A stretch of DNA of 64,000 bases, filler included, from Collodictyon triciliatum (GCA_043381765.1; 25 parts of 25 records of this genome joined end to end with filler, not necessarily neighbours in it); one strand, 5' to 3'; counted from the first letter of the whole stretch, positions 1-14,492 are shown. Program-made: numbers and translations. The notes: generated by a model not told the origin, from the letters alone.

Positions 1-51
<51 letters not shown>

Positions 52-177
52 CATTGATACAATATATATCATAGTGTAATATAATATAAAAAGAGGATGC
101 GATTTTTCCTTTGTCTTGGGTGATGTCATTCGGTTCATAAACTTTTAATCAAACACTATGAATCCTATTTGAGCTAG

Positions 178-1392
178 GCCTTACTGCTGGAAGGTCTAAA
201 GCAGACAAACTACTATGAAACACTTATCATCAAATACATTAAACTGCAAGAGAAAAATAGAGACATCGAAAAGGTATGAACTTGTCACATACATATTTCA
301 AAGAGTATGAGATAGTAATGGTACTCTTTAAACTCGCTTTATCCTTTCCTTACGCTTTCCTCACCCTTTTCGTTTTTTTTTTTTTTTGGGTCTGTGTTTT
401 TTCTTTTATTTTTTTTTCATTTTCATTTTGAGAAATATTTATATGGATGTATTATGATATCTTGAAATGGTATTCTTGACACACATAAATGAATTACTAT
501 CAGGCTCGTAAGGTACTTTATGAAGCTGTAAGCAAAGGAGGTCGTGGCACGCAGTTTATTAAGGCTTTGACAGAAGGGGCTTGGATGGAGGCCAGGGCTG
601 GGAATGAATCCCGAGCAAGAAATATATTTCAAGTATTGAACAATCATATGCACAATAAGATGCAATTAATGACACACACAAATATTCTTTTCATTATATT
701 CGGACCAATACTGATACCTGGCATAATATTATATAGTATCTCATCACAAGGGTTGATTCTTCTGGATTCCTTTACTACAATGCTTCCAAATTTGAAGAAA
801 AGTGCGGAAATTACTCAACCGCTTATGAGATTTCGATGAAGGCAGTGGAAAAAATCCCTCGATATAGCTTATTATGGTTTCAGTCTCTTCGGTTATCTGA
901 AAGAATGGTCTCTGCAGGATTGATTCCTCTCGCATGCATGAAGAAGTTAGTGGATGAATCCATCCAATATTTATCTAAGGATTGTTGCTGGAAAATCCAC
1001 TTTGAGTTTACTCTGTCGCTGGAGCGCTTGCTCGACAGAGAGAATTTAGCCACCTTTACGGATGTAAAGGCTGCGATGATCGAAGCACTTAAGTATTGCC
1101 CTGTCAATCAACGATGGAAGGTAGTTTCTCTTTCTTTCTTTTTCTCAGATATCGTGCTTTTTTCATCGATCCTGCACAAAAATTGAAAGGAAGAATAAAA
1201 AAAAATCGTACTTTTTTCATCGAGATATCAACAAAAGGAATAGTAATACCAACAATTAAGATGACAAAAATATCGATACTTTTAATGCTAATAACAAACA
1301 AACAAAGAAACAAACAAAGAAACAAACAAACGATTATATGAATGCAATTGAGAAAATAAAAATTCCACGTGCACAAATGTTGTATCTCAGCT

Positions 1393-1423
<31 letters not shown>

Positions 1424-2234
1424 TTCATAAAATTGCTTCTTTTTCTATTGCAAAAACATAATTAAATAGGCGATAGCTCAGCCAATATAAATATACTATT
1501 AAATTTTAATTTATTTACCGTTCCATTAGATGTGGGTCGAGAGCGCAAGGATTGAATCATCATTAGGAAGCATTGATACTGCTCGGGCTCTTATGTATAA
1601 GGCGCTAGACGAAGTCTCAGGAAAGAAAAAGGTGTGTAATCATTATCACCTTTCATGAGATTACACATTTATGTGATAGAGTTGGATTTTCTTTGACTCT
1701 TTTTTTTTTCTTGCTTTTTGAAAAGTCTTCTGTAATGGTTGGACTTGCGCGCATCGAAGAATTCGGTATGAATACGGATAAAGCTATATTCATATTGCAA
1801 GAAGCTCAAATGCATTTGAAATATGAATGGAAGATATACCACGAGATTATTATGTTCGAGATAAGAAGGGCAAACATTCACTCTGCAATTGAGAGGGCGA
1901 AAGAATCCTTGAAAGTAATCATTCACATGCGCAATACATAGGGAGCGTCACTTTAATTCTGTCTAAGCTTGTTTAATTTTGTTTAAAAAAAAATTCCTTT
2001 ATTGATGAATAAACTAACCAAATTACGAATCGATACTTAATATTTTGAAGCTATATCCTGGAACAGGCAGGCTATGGGCAATACTAATCCAGTTAATGGC
2101 CAACATTAACGAGGATGTGCAGCTACAAACTTTCTTTGAAGCGGTGCGAGAGACACCAAAGTCAGGAGAGGTTTGGTGTGAAGGAGCTAGAATTTTAATG
2201 AATCCTTTGTCAAAATTCTTTAACTTGAGACTAG
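178..2234 (+). CDS. TPR/HAT-repeat helical protein, multi-exon, partial at both ends
   Basis: Spliced exons give ALLLEGLKQTNYYETLIIKYIKLQEK, ARKVLYEAVSK..WMEARAGNESRARNIF, KIPRYSLLWFQSLRLSE, WKIHFEF, WVESARIE and LYPGTGRLWAILIQL..ETPKSGEVWCEGARI. These are HAT/TPR-like helical repeats with GT-AG introns. Confidence 0.65.
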
Positions 2235-2424
2235 GTATGTCACCACATTATATATATCATAGGATGAGATATTGTTATGCTCACATTCAATTTTCTTCCA
2301 TATGCAGAAAACAAAAAAACAAAACAAAAACAAAACAAAAAAACAAAACAAAAAAACAAAACAAAAAACAAAAAAAAATGNNNNNNNNNNNNNNNNNNNN
2401 NNNNNNNNNNNNNNNNNNNNNNNN

Positions 2425-2436
2425 TTAATTAATTAA
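2425..2436. other. Artificial contig linker TTAATTAATTAA (six-frame stop) flanked by N runs; recurs every ~2.47 kb (4905, 7384, 12196, 14673, 17150, 19627, 22103, 24579, 27055, 29530, 32005, 34480, 36955, 39429, 41903, 44376, 46849, 49321, 51792, 54262, 56731, 59198, 61665)
   Basis: Identical 12-mer embedded in equal N runs between unrelated sequences. Confidence 0.98.
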
Positions 2437-2480
2437 NNNNNNNNNNNNNNNNNNNNNNNNNNNNNNNNNNNNNNNNNNNN

Positions 2481-2524
<44 letters not shown>

Positions 2525-2939
2525 TGTGTTTGTGTTTGTGTTTGTGTTTGTGCTTGTGCTTGTTTATGCTCTTTTTATCTTTTTGCAGCCACACGGACCA
2601 TTAGAATCTATTCACAGGCAAATCAAAGTATGCATGCCGCGTGCCGATGATCAATTACAAACTGCCATCGCCAATTATCACCACATTTTTGTCACACGAA
2701 CCTCTTCGACGAAATTCTGACAAAGTGAATAAAACTCTCTCATTGTTATTCTTTTTCTTTTTCATTTCTTATTCGAGTTTCATTTCTTTATTCTTTTCTT
2801 TATTTAATTTTATGGGCAAAACACCATAAGTCGAGAGGTAAATGAAATCCAAATACTTCTGAGGAAAAAGTTTTTGTTTTTTTGTTTCTTCGTTTGTGTG
2901 TTTGTGTGTTTGTGTGTTTGTTTTTCTTTGCCTATTAGA

Positions 2940-3231
2940 TTACTCGTCATCTTCGCAGTCTTCCATTCTCTGCACCAAAGAATCGCGCTCTTTCTTGAGG
3001 TACCCTTTCTCTGCACACATTTTGGCGAGTTTGCACCACTGTTCCAATGATAACTCGGTTGGTCTCGTATTTTCGGTCACTTGAAGCTCGTCCAGCAAGG
3101 GATGGAAATCGGGTGTGTAATGCCTAAATCATTTTCGTTGCTCAATAACACCCACCTTATTTTTTTACTTTACTGTTGTTTTTGTTTGTTTGTTTGTTTG
3201 TTTGTTTGTTTGTTTGTTTGTTTGTTTGTTT

Positions 3232-3298
<67 letters not shown>

Positions 3299-4610
3299 GG
3301 AGATGAAATGGTAAAATAAATTGCTAGATAGGTTTCGAATTCTTTTGACAAAGAGATGAATCAGTAAACAGAAAGAAACAGAAAAATATTACTTTAGTGT
3401 GGTTTTGAGTGCTTTTCTTCTCGTATTTAATAGAGTTTTTGCAACTCCTTGAAGCTCTGATGCTGGTCCTGTTGTGTTAATCACGCGTTAGATCTGCATA
3501 TTTTAAATAGAGTTTCATCATGTGTATTGATACGAGGGGGAGGAAGACATAAATCTCTACCTTCATAAAACCGTTTCCTTCTAGGAATAATCTCTACAAA
3601 CCCAGCATCAACCTTTCAAATAATCAAAAGAGATTGATTATAGATCGGCAATACGTATATATCATCGTGCTCAGGCGTATTGATTTTGGCTCATATTTGC
3701 TTAAAATTATATATTATGACAAAATAACCCACTTGGGCAGGGGGTACAAATGACTTTCCGTTGACTATGGAGACAATACTTGGCTCACAAAGATTTTGCA
3801 CAAGAATCGATATCCGACCAAACTCTGGCGTATCATGAGGGGCTACTATTCTCTATGAACGCATTTTATTTCGTTGATTTAAAGGTGATAAATTAGAGGA
3901 AATGGATACAGTAAAAAAAAATTGAAAAATAAATAAGAACCTCGGCCACTTCCTATGCTCGGGTGAAGGTAACAGAAAAATGTAAATAAATGAATGAAAA
4001 TATGAGATAGATTTTGAATGTGCATTACATAGTATTTAGGTCGAATAAACCATCATGAATATTACGGCTCATAAGAGTATTAAAATTGAAGAGAAAACCT
4101 TTTGGAACATGAGATAGAGAGGAACTCGGCCCTAGAAATAAGTGAAATATTGGTTTTATGTAAGATGCTCTAAAAGTCGGAATCCCACGGTTGACACTTC
4201 AATTTCAATGCAGATAGGTATTTATTCGAGATATGTGTAATACGTATGCAAAAGCTCCTGATTTTGACTCAATCTGGTCCATCCATTTGCTGATTAAGGG
4301 GGTTGCTATATTGAACGGAAGATTCCCAGCAATTCTAACTTTGGGTAGTTCTACAGCGATAGTAATAATTTCATCTACACGCTTCAAGGAGGGTCTTGAG
4401 AAAATCAGAATTATAATACATAGATCTGATATTTGACAAATACAAAAGATAACATCTGATGACTCTGCTGATTAAAACATATCAATTATCTCTATGAACC
4501 TTGTCTCTCCCATGATAGAGGTTGGAGACCATTTATTAATTTTTGCTCGTCAACATTGAGGGCGTCTCCATGAACGATCTTAAGCCTATCCTCCCCATAA
4601 AACTGGCACC
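2940..4610 (-). CDS. TFB1M: Mitochondrial rRNA adenine dimethyltransferase / transcription factor B (TFB1M/KsgA family), 5' truncated
   Basis: Exons encode RLKIVHGDALNVD, VRIAGNLPFNIATPLISKW, VPLYLMFQK|EVAE, RIVAPHDTPEFGRISILVQNLCE..GKSFVPPAQV and TRPTELSLEQWCKLAK. Stop at 2940-2942. Confidence 0.85.
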
Positions 4611-4775
4611 ACAATTTGTGTGGTGAGTAGTGAATATATAAATCATTCAAGGGGTTATGCTTTTAATTTTGTGAATGTACATTTTTTTCTTTATGAAAAA
4701 TATTGAATCAGTGTAATTTCTTTGTATCATTGTTTTTTGGTTTTTGGTTTTTGGTTTTTTGGTTTTTTGTTTTTT

Positions 4776-4860
<85 letters not shown>

Positions 4861-5043
4861 NNNNNNNNNNNNNNNNNNNNNNNNNNNNNNNNNNNNNNNN
4901 NNNNTTAATTAATTAANNNNNNNNNNNNNNNNNNNNNNNNNNNNNNNNNNNNNNNNNNNNAAGAGAAGTAGAGGAGAAAAGAAGACTCGAAAAAACAAAA
5001 AACGTAAAGATGGAAAAAAAAAAAAAAAAAAGGGGCCACGCAC

Positions 5044-5702
5044 TGGGGCTGCTCCGGCGGGACCTGCTGGTCACTCAGCGGGCGAAGCGACTGCTGCTGA
5101 TGGTGGTGATGATGATGGTGGTGGTGGTATTGGCCCTCTGCGTACGTGGCGACGCGTGTGCCGCCCGGGTGCGATTCTGCGCGGTGCAGCGACATGGCCG
5201 CGTAGACGTGGGAGCGGGGGTGGGAGCGCAGGAGCGCAGGCGTGAACGGCTGGGCGCGGGTGTTGGCCGCCGTGTTGATCTCCGTCTGCCGTCCAAACGG
5301 CTCCTCCTGCCCCTGCCCCTGCCCCTGTGTTTGTATTTGTCTTTGTGTTTCGGCCCGGCTCGTCACCAGCCGTGGGTCCCACGCAACCTGCTTGACCGGC
5401 GGCCGCGCGTTGGCCGGGGCCACGGGGCTTCTGATCCGGTTGTGGCTGTGGCTGTGGCTGTGGTTCGGAGAATAGGAAGGGTCGGCAACCTGATTGAGGT
5501 TGGCAAAGGGCGGCGGGGAGCTGCGGAAGGCGGGCACAGACAGTGCGGAGTGGGCCGGTGGATTGTCGGCGCTGGGGCCGGGGCTGTGGCTGTGGCCCTG
5601 TGCGAGGAGCAGGCGGCTGCCGCAGTGTGGGCAGAAGGCCCCGCGCACGCTGAGGGGGGCCCCGCAGAACGGGCATTCGCACAGGAAGGCGACCGGCTGC
5701 AT
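5044..5702 (-). CDS. First exon of a GC-rich gene with an N-terminal zinc ribbon (CPFC..CPHC) and His/Gln/Pro low-complexity tracts
   Basis: ATG at 5702 gives MQPVAFLCECPFCGAPLSVRGAFCPHCGSRL. GC-rich open frame ends at a GTGCGT donor near 5043. Confidence 0.5.
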
Positions 5703-6346
5703 CGTGCGGCTGTGCTCTGGCGCTGTTTCCTGCAGATGGCGGTCGGGCTGGGTTTGGGCTGGTGAGTCTGCGTGCGAACAGGGAGTCCGGGTCCTTTCTT
5801 TCTTTCTTTCTTTCTTTTTCTTTCTTTCTTTCTCCTTCTTATTCTTCAACTTTTTTTTTTGTTTTTGTTTTTGTGTGTGGGTTTCTTTTCTGTTTCGTTT
5901 GTTCCTCGTGTGGACTGTGTGGAACGGGAAATGGCTTGATCGGTCGTTGCAGGACCTGTCTGGTTGATCCGAAAGTAAGAGAAGGAGCAATAGAGAAATA
6001 AGCGATTCTCTGAGTGGAAAAGAAATTATTATTTTTTTTTTTTGGTAAAAGTGTATTTCGAGATCAGGGGTGGTTGGTGGATAAATCGGTGGCTGGGAAT
6101 GATGAGTGAATGATCGGCTGATGGTCACGATTCGTCAAGCTGATAGGCGTGTGTTTGGCGATAATCATTGGAGGATAATCTGACGGGGGGCGGGCAATCG
6201 GAAGGATTGATGGTTTGATGGATTGTTTGTTCGTTTGTTTGAATAGTTGATAATGTTGGGAGGTATCAATCAATCACATTATTTCGTGGTGGATGTGTAA
6301 TGAACCATAAATCAGACAAAGACGTTGGTTGTAGTGTGCATCCCGT

Positions 6347-6581
<235 letters not shown>

Positions 6582-7439
6582 ACATCAGAGATATCAAAGG
6601 CCGCCTGATGATGCCGGCGATATGGAAATGGTCGAATGGACAGGAGATTTTGTGTAAGGATTGCAGATGTTGTGGGGATTCGATATGTTGTGTGCGTGTG
6701 TGTGCGTGTGTGATGATGCTTATGCAGGAGGGATGCTGATTCAACGGGGTTATTTCATGTCCTGTTTCAATGCATCCACCACGCTCAGTAAATAGAAGAA
6801 TCATGGCGCAGGCAGTGCAGGCCAACTCATACGGGTGTTTTTGTGGTGTGCTTTGGTCTCAGGAGAGTTGTACTTGTGTGTATGCAAGTCTTGATTTGTG
6901 TTGCGAAGGGATCGGTGGACTAGGCCTCCCAAGCCACTGACACAAAAGGCAGATTCACGAAGGGACAGAGAATGAAGGAAGTAAAGGAAAAAGAAAAGGA
7001 TAAAGAAAAGAAAAAGAAAAAGAAAAAGAAAAAGAGAGGGGGAGAGAGGGAGAGTGAGAGGTGTTGGAGACAGCCAAGCTCCGAAGGAAGTATCTAGCTT
7101 ATTTTGATCTTATGTCACAACCGACGAGCTTCGTTTTTTGTTTTTTTTTTCTGCAAGAATTTTGGTGAACGAATGAAAGCAACGGTATCTCATCGGTGGG
7201 AGCTAGTAAATGAACGTGGACCAAGGAGGGGGTTTACACTCTTTGGAGTTGCGCAAATCAACTGGTGTTGCCTTGCCTTATTTTTTAGTGGGTTTCCTAT
7301 GTCTTCGGCTGTGTGTGTGTTTTTTTTTTTTTTTTATCGNNNNNNNNNNNNNNNNNNNNNNNNNNNNNNNNNNNNNNNNNNNNTTAATTAATTAANNNNN
7401 NNNNNNNNNNNNNNNNNNNNNNNNNNNNNNNNNNNNNNN

Positions 7440-7490
<51 letters not shown>

Positions 7491-7688
7491 TTTTTTATCT
7501 TTTTTTTATATCTTTTTTTTATCTTTTTTTTATCTTTTTTTTATCTTCTTATTTTACTATTTGTATCTTTTCTTCTTTTTTCTTTATTTCAATCTGATTG
7601 CCCGGTTGATTGATTTATCACGTGTGCGCAGCCAAGTATGTACAGACCGAAACCGCCAACATAAGAGAAGCGAGGGACTTTGACCCGG

Positions 7689-10600
7689 CTACTCGGCCTT
7701 GGCCATGGATGCGTAAAGCCCGTCGCGGTATTGGAAGAACTGGGCGCCGAGTGTCTGCACGTGATTGGCCATTGCGCCCATGCACTCCTTGTGCTTTCTT
7801 TCCTCCTCGGCCATCTACGTCAACACAAGGATTTAACAAAGCCGCCATCATGCCTGACGATGAGGTGGCAGCAACATCAACAACCCCGCTGCGGGGCCTG
7901 ATTCCCTCACAACGGCAGCGTAATGCATTGCCTCACTCTGTGGCTAGCGGGCATGCATAGCTTTATTTTTCTTTCTCTATCTCTCTTTTATATATTATGT
8001 ATTATATTGTGAAAATAAAGACAGGCTTGTTGTTTGCCCGAAAACCACAGGAAAAATTGTGTATCATCTCTTGACAGCAACACATTTGCTTGTGGTACGT
8101 GTATCTCATGTGGTTCAAATAACGAATCACGATAGCACATCTTATATATAAATAACCTTTTGTTTACGCTCATCGATGCGCCGCTTCAACTCTTCAATTT
8201 TGCAATTTTCAGCCTTTCGAGCTTTCTCCAGAGATTGTTTTCTTTCGTTCACCCCACTGAGCTCTATAACACAGAGCATAAGACATCAGTGTCATGAAAG
8301 AGTAGCGTTTCATTAAAAAAAAAAAAAAAAATTAATATCGAGAAATCCTTTAAGAGAATGGTGATTAATAGTGTCTCCTTGATTGTGCAAAACCATTTTC
8401 TGCCATGCGAGTTCTGTTGATGCGCTTCTGTTGGAGCTGAGATAGCTGCTCGGTCTTTCCTGCCAATAACTTCACAGCATTCTGGGCAGATGGAATTAAA
8501 ATATTAATTTTGTCTCTTTAAATAAATACACCCCCTTCATATGGATAAGAAATGGCAAAGAAGGGATGGTTATGTGTATTATTGCTGCGTAATATTTACA
8601 CCACAAAGGCATAAGTATGAGATGATGATCAAAAAAAATCGATGTTTTGGTCTATGGGCAAGGTTGGGTATCTTTACCTCCTTCTGTCCTTTCAGTTCAC
8701 GAAGTTTGCGTTGCGATTCATCCACTTTCACGCGAAGTTCCTATGAATGATAAAATATTTTTAGAAACAATACGTCATTTTTTTTTCTTTATTCGATTCA
8801 AAGTAGAAACAATACGTCATGATTCTAAAAAAAAGTATGAAGAATGGTGGCTTATATAACGCTCATTAAAAGCGGTAAGATATACATGGCGCATGTGATG
8901 CAAAAACAAAAACCTTGATTTGGATTTCAAACTTGCTCTGGTCGTTGTACTTTTGTTTCAGTTCCTCCATAAATTTAATTGCCATTTTCAGGTCCTATAA
9001 TGATAAAACATGTTTGTAAGGTTTAGTATACATTATCCAATTGGATGGGTATATTTCAACATCATTTAAAATTACTCAAATGGTCGATGTTCTATGAAAC
9101 ACAAAGCAACTGAATTAAAAATGGAAAATAAAATTGAATTCTACAAGCATTTATTAAATGTTTATTTCATCGATATTGTCGGTAAATAACTACTAGTACA
9201 GAATACTCGAAAAATTAAAAAAAAATCACGAACGCTAATAATCTTGTCTAGTTCCTTCAGCCGTGCTTCTGTGTCTTTGAGCCTCAATTGGTTATCTGGA
9301 AAGAGAAAAACTACTTTAACTATCAACTTACCAATACAAAATATTTCATGAGTCAAATCGAACATTCACTCCATAATTAGCTTTTCAATTTGTCAAGTCT
9401 GGACGGGATTATTTCCATTTTATTTTGTTTTATTTTGTTTTATTTTGTTTTATTTTGTTTTATTTTGTTTTATTTTGTTTTATTTTGTTTTATTTTGTTT
9501 TATTTTGTTTTATTTTGTTTTATTTTGTTTTATTTTGTTTTATTTTGTTTTATTTTGTTTTATTTTGTTTTATTTTGTTTTATTTTGTNNNNNNNNNNNN
9601 NNNNNNNNNNNNNNNNNNNNNNNNNNNNNNNNNNNNNNNNNNNNNNNNNNNNNNNNNNNNNNNNNNNNNNNNNNNNNNNNNNNNNNNNNNNNNNNNNNNN
9701 NNNNNNNNNNNNNNNNNNNNNNNNNNNNNNNNNNNNNNNNNNNNNNNNNNNNNNNNNNNNNNNNNNNNNNNNNTGTTTTATTTTGTTTTGTTTTGTTTTG
9801 TTTTGTTTTGTTTTGTTTTGTTTTGTTTTGTTTTGTTTTGTTTTGTTTTGTTTTGTTTTGTTTTGTTTTGTTTTGTCAGTTAACGGTGCCTTTGAATGAC
9901 TATGGAAATCGTTCTATTAAATACTTAGGATTTCCTCTTCTTCGGATTTTATGCCTGCATCTAGTCGTTCGACTTCCTGTTTAAAAAAAAGCGAACACAA
10001 AAATAAGTGTCGGAAGCTAACCTTCATGTTTTCTTATAATAAGATCACATTTTTAATAGGCATATCCGTAAAGAGATGACTATACATAACCTGAATCTGC
10101 CCTTCAGGCGATGGTACAATCTGTTCCTGGATTAGGCGGATGGATGACTGTAGGTCATTCGACATTGTCTTCATTTCACGCTTTTAAATCACAAGGTTAG
10201 TGGTTAGTCTCAAATGGTAAGGTCGAAAAGAAAAAATTTTGAAGCTTTGGGTAGAACCCCAGTTGTAATCATACAAAAGAAAGAAAAGCGTGAGTAATTT
10301 ACAATCACCAACTTCATCAAAATGTCAATCAAACAAGTTCAAAAAGGATAGTTAAGAAAATGAATATCCCATTTGGCATATCTTGTCTAACCGACACCAG
10401 TATACTTTCAACCAGCATTGTTGATTCGGAGTTTGAGGCGTGCAAAAAGACATGTGGATATAGGAGTATAAGGGAGGTAGCTCACCAGCTTTGTTTGCAT
10501 CTGGTAGCATTCATCCTTTTTTTTGCTCGCCTCTTGCTTCACCTGAGCATGAACCGCATCCCTTTCTCCCATCTATATCAGTTAAATTAGTCAATTTAAG

Positions 10601-11830
10601 AATATAGCTGACATATTTATATGTAATCATATTTAATTTTGAAAGCTGACAATCATATTTTACCTCGCGCAATAGTGAAATAAAAAGTAAATTCAACTGC
10701 ACAAAGCCAGAAGGGAAAAGGAATAGGATTCGTTCGAGATGCATAAACAGCACCATGGATTATTCTTTTCCAGCAACCCACAGCAAATGAACAAATCGAA
10801 AATAGTGTTCCAATACTCACTTCTTGCTCAAGCCTTCTGATTTCCTCTGTTGTTTTGTCAACAAGTGGTTGCTTGGCTTGCTTGTCGTATCTATTAGAAT
10901 AAGGAAATACAAAATCATCAGATGAGATGTACTATTTGGTCACTTACATAACGCAATTATCAGGCTGCACTATAGTCCAACTTCAAAACAATAGGTTTTT
11001 TGTGGTATTATTAAATAATAAATGAGACAAAAGCGATCAAATGGCGCTTCTAATTTAATTATTGCGCAAGTGAATTACTGTAGAGCAAGCAAAGGAAGTG
11101 CATGTAAAAACTTACTCAATTCGCTCGATTTCTTTGCTTTTTTCTTCGATTGAAAAGAGGCAGCTTTGACACGCCTCTTCGTAATCTTCCTGTGTGACAG
11201 TATTTTTTTTTAAAAAAAAAAACACGATTATGAAACGAAGTTTGCAAAGATTTTGCATATGTCGATGAAAAAATACAAGATATAAAGCTGAAAATAGTGT
11301 ATTATAATTGTTTTTTTTAAAAAAAAAAAAAAAAAGAAAGGATTTTGGCCTTACAATCTCCTTTTCAAATAGCTCCATAAGTTCAGCGTTGTTTTGAACA
11401 AATATATGGTAGTTGGCAAAAGCACTGATGATGATTCTCATAGCATCTGTTGTAGGATGATAAACAAAGTCTCGGATAGAGAAATCATGAACCCCGATGT
11501 TCCACATAAGCTCCATGCTGAAACGAGTGATAGAACAGCATTGGTTTGAGTATAATTTACACTTTGAGAAAAAAGTGTTTTCTTTTCCTTATTATTTCAG
11601 AAGGGAAAGAAATCCTAGAGACTAACCAATTTAAAAATAGAATAGAGCATATGGTTTGTTAGAATAATGATTAATCACATGTATCTGTCATATGCAAGCT
11701 GACCGAGGGCATCTTCATGTGATTCGTTTATCCCTGTCGAAATGACGAATTGCAACAGTAAGCGATTCACGCTTTCTCGGGGAATATCAAAGTAAAGCTC
11801 CACCATGTGATCCAGCATTCTGTTATGCAT
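7689..11830 (-). CDS. NUF2: Kinetochore protein Nuf2 (Ndc80 complex), multi-exon, 5' end missing; spans the internal N gap 9589-9773
   Basis: CH-domain motif MELMWNIGVHDFSIRDFVYHPTTDAMRIIISAFANY, then coiled-coil exons including EQIVPSPE. Terminal exon MAEEERKHKECMGAMANHVQTLGAQFFQYRDGLYASMAKAE*. Confidence 0.75.
8779..8803 (-). mobile_element. 25-bp LINE 3'-tail insertion with perfect 17-bp TSD
   Basis: tagaaacaatacgtcat (8762-8778) | T8-ctttattcgattcaaag | tagaaacaatacgtcat (8804-8820). The insert matches the 3' terminus of the LINE at 23183 and 27277. Confidence 0.9.
9421..9876. repeat. (TATTTTGTTT)n / (TTTTG)n intronic microsatellite with assembly gap
   Basis: Directly visible. Confidence 0.9.
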
Positions 11831-12251
11831 AGAGATATGTATATATAACGATATCATGAGGTTAATTTGCACAGTCGACAACAGAGCTAACTCACAAGAA
11901 AATGACAACACATTAACCTTGAAGTGCAAAGAAGGGAAGCAATTATAATTTCGTGCAGTATGGTTTCCTTTTATAACACCAAGATATCTTAATAAAATAA
12001 AATAAAATAAAAAGGTCGGGCAATTGTTTGGAATTGCATCTTTCTTTTTTTTTTTTTTTAATTTTATTTGTTTTTTTTTTATATAAAAAGACTTAGAAAA
12101 AAAATGCACCTAAAGATCGAGGTCAAACAGTTACTTTTTTTCAATTAGGTANNNNNNNNNNNNNNNNNNNNNNNNNNNNNNNNNNNNNNNNNNNNTTAAT
12201 TAATTAANNNNNNNNNNNNNNNNNNNNNNNNNNNNNNNNNNNNNNNNNNNN

Positions 12252-12310
<59 letters not shown>

Positions 12311-12513
12311 AACCTACAATATCCAAGCATTCGTTGAAAATTATTAACATTAGGCGACATATGTGCACTCTGAATGAAAAAATGATTTGTCGACGCAATG
12401 ATGTTTTCGAACGGAAAAGACCTTTCAATAAAGCTACAACGTTTGTTTCATATTTCAAATCCTTTACAGAATCATTATTGAGATTATGTGCCCTAATTAA
12501 TTTTTTGAAGTAG

Positions 12514-14492
12514 AAATCCAAAGCTTCTGGTTGTATTTGTTGTAATTACTTTTATGGTTTCATCAACATCCTCTGTATACCCTTTTCAAAGGTAATTTGA
12601 ATTTGAAAAGTGCATTCCGCTATAAAATTTCAACTCAAATATTGAAAACAGATGTCAGCATACAAGAGATGAGTTACTTGCCATGAAAGTTGAAGATGCA
12701 TTCCAAATCCTGCTGAGCTACTACGATGAAACATGTCCTTTGTTTAAAAAGCAGGACAAAAATTTTTCAGAATCTGACAATGCCCAAAAATTTGGAGAAC
12801 ATCTGTTCACAAATAGGCAAGGTGCTGAATGGAATTTTGACATGAAATTGCCATCCATTGAGAACAATTTAAACAAAAAAAATCAGTTGTCAAAGCATAT
12901 TGAGGTCAAGAAAAGAAGTTTGAGTAATGAAGGGAACCGAAAAAAGGCGGATAATTCATCTGTTACTCAATACGAACTCCTTGTTCAGCTTTATGATTTA
13001 CTTGGCGGCAATAATTGGTTTTATGCCACTGGATGGAAAATTAAAAGCATTCCTATTTGTGAGTGGCATGGGATATCATGTTATGATCGTTGTCTGGATA
13101 AAGATTTTAAGGTGATTTCTATAAATATTTTTAAGTGATATTGATTTAATATTGATACTATTTTTTTTTTTAGAACAACACATGCCCCGTCATCGGAATC
13201 AATTTGTCAGAAAATAATCTTTACGGTGACATCGAAGCTGCCTCTGCGATTTTTGATAGACTTCCATTTTTGCATTATTTGAATTTGAAATACAACTCTG
13301 TTTACGGGAATCTTCCAGATTTTAACCTTCCCAGTGTTTTGTATTTGGAACTTGATGTGAATCAACTTACCGGAACCATTCCAGACTTTCAAGCAATGCC
13401 AAATATTGAACATCTTGAGATTGATAGGAATGAACTAGAAGGCACAATTCCTGACTTTTCTGGAATTTCAAGTATAAAAGTCTTGATAATGGGAAAAAGT
13501 GATAAGATCGCAGGTATGAAATACTTTTTCAATATCAATAGTTCAATTCTAATTACACCAAATATTTTTTCAAGGAACCCTGCCTGAATTCTCTGGATTG
13601 CCGAATATTCATATTCTTGGGATTTACAGCTGCAAAGTTCATGGTTTTTTTTTTTTTATTGAATTAATTGAATCATTCCAATCAACACAGTCTAATTTTT
13701 TCTTTAGGAGTAATACCAAACTTCATGGGCATTCCGAATGTTTTGGAAATTTACCTGTTCAGTAGCCAATTAGCTGGTTATTTTCCTCATTAAATCATAA
13801 AAAATAATAACGAAATACTAACTTCATCTCGCAGGGACAGTTCCAAACTTCAGTGGAATTCATAGTGTTGAAATAATTATTCTTACCAATAATAAATTGA
13901 ATGGTAAGTTGAATGATTGTTCAATCAATCCCATTCCGCTTGAATCAAAAGTAAATTTGATCACTACACAGATAATTGATGAAAAAACGACCTTATACGA
14001 TAGGAAAAATTCCAAACTTCAATGGAATTCCGAATGTCAAAACAATTATTCTTACTAATAATCTGCTGAGTGGTATTAATTAATCATTATTTCTTCTATT
14101 ATTTAAATCAAATGAATGAAAAAATCTTATTAATCTGACAAATTACAACGCTCATATCACAGGAACGGTTCCAAACTTCAGTGGAATTTCAAAAGTCGAA
14201 ATAATTTATCTTGACAACAATCGCCTGACTGGTAGCTTTATGATAATTTAAACTAATATTAGGTGTCATATATTAATTTATACCACAGGAATGGTTCCAA
14301 ACTTCGATGGCATTCCAAATGTTGAATTAATTTCCCTATTTAGTAATCAACTGAATGGTGAGTATTATTATTGTTACCTTTAATATCGAAAAAAAAATAG
14401 TATAACTCTACACTGCAGGAACAATTCCAAATTTCGATGGCATTCCAAATGTTGAATTAATTTCTCTGTCCAGTAATAACCTGAATGGTGAG

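Noticed and set aside
2381-2480. Regularly spaced TTAATTAATTAA motif every ~2.47 kb
   Set aside because: Artificial contig-joining linker inside N runs; not biology. Gene neighbourhoods across it were not interpreted.
5010-5967. Multiple overlapping plus-strand ORFs (also 52091-52829)
   Set aside because: Shadow ORFs of GC-rich coding sequence on the opposite strand.
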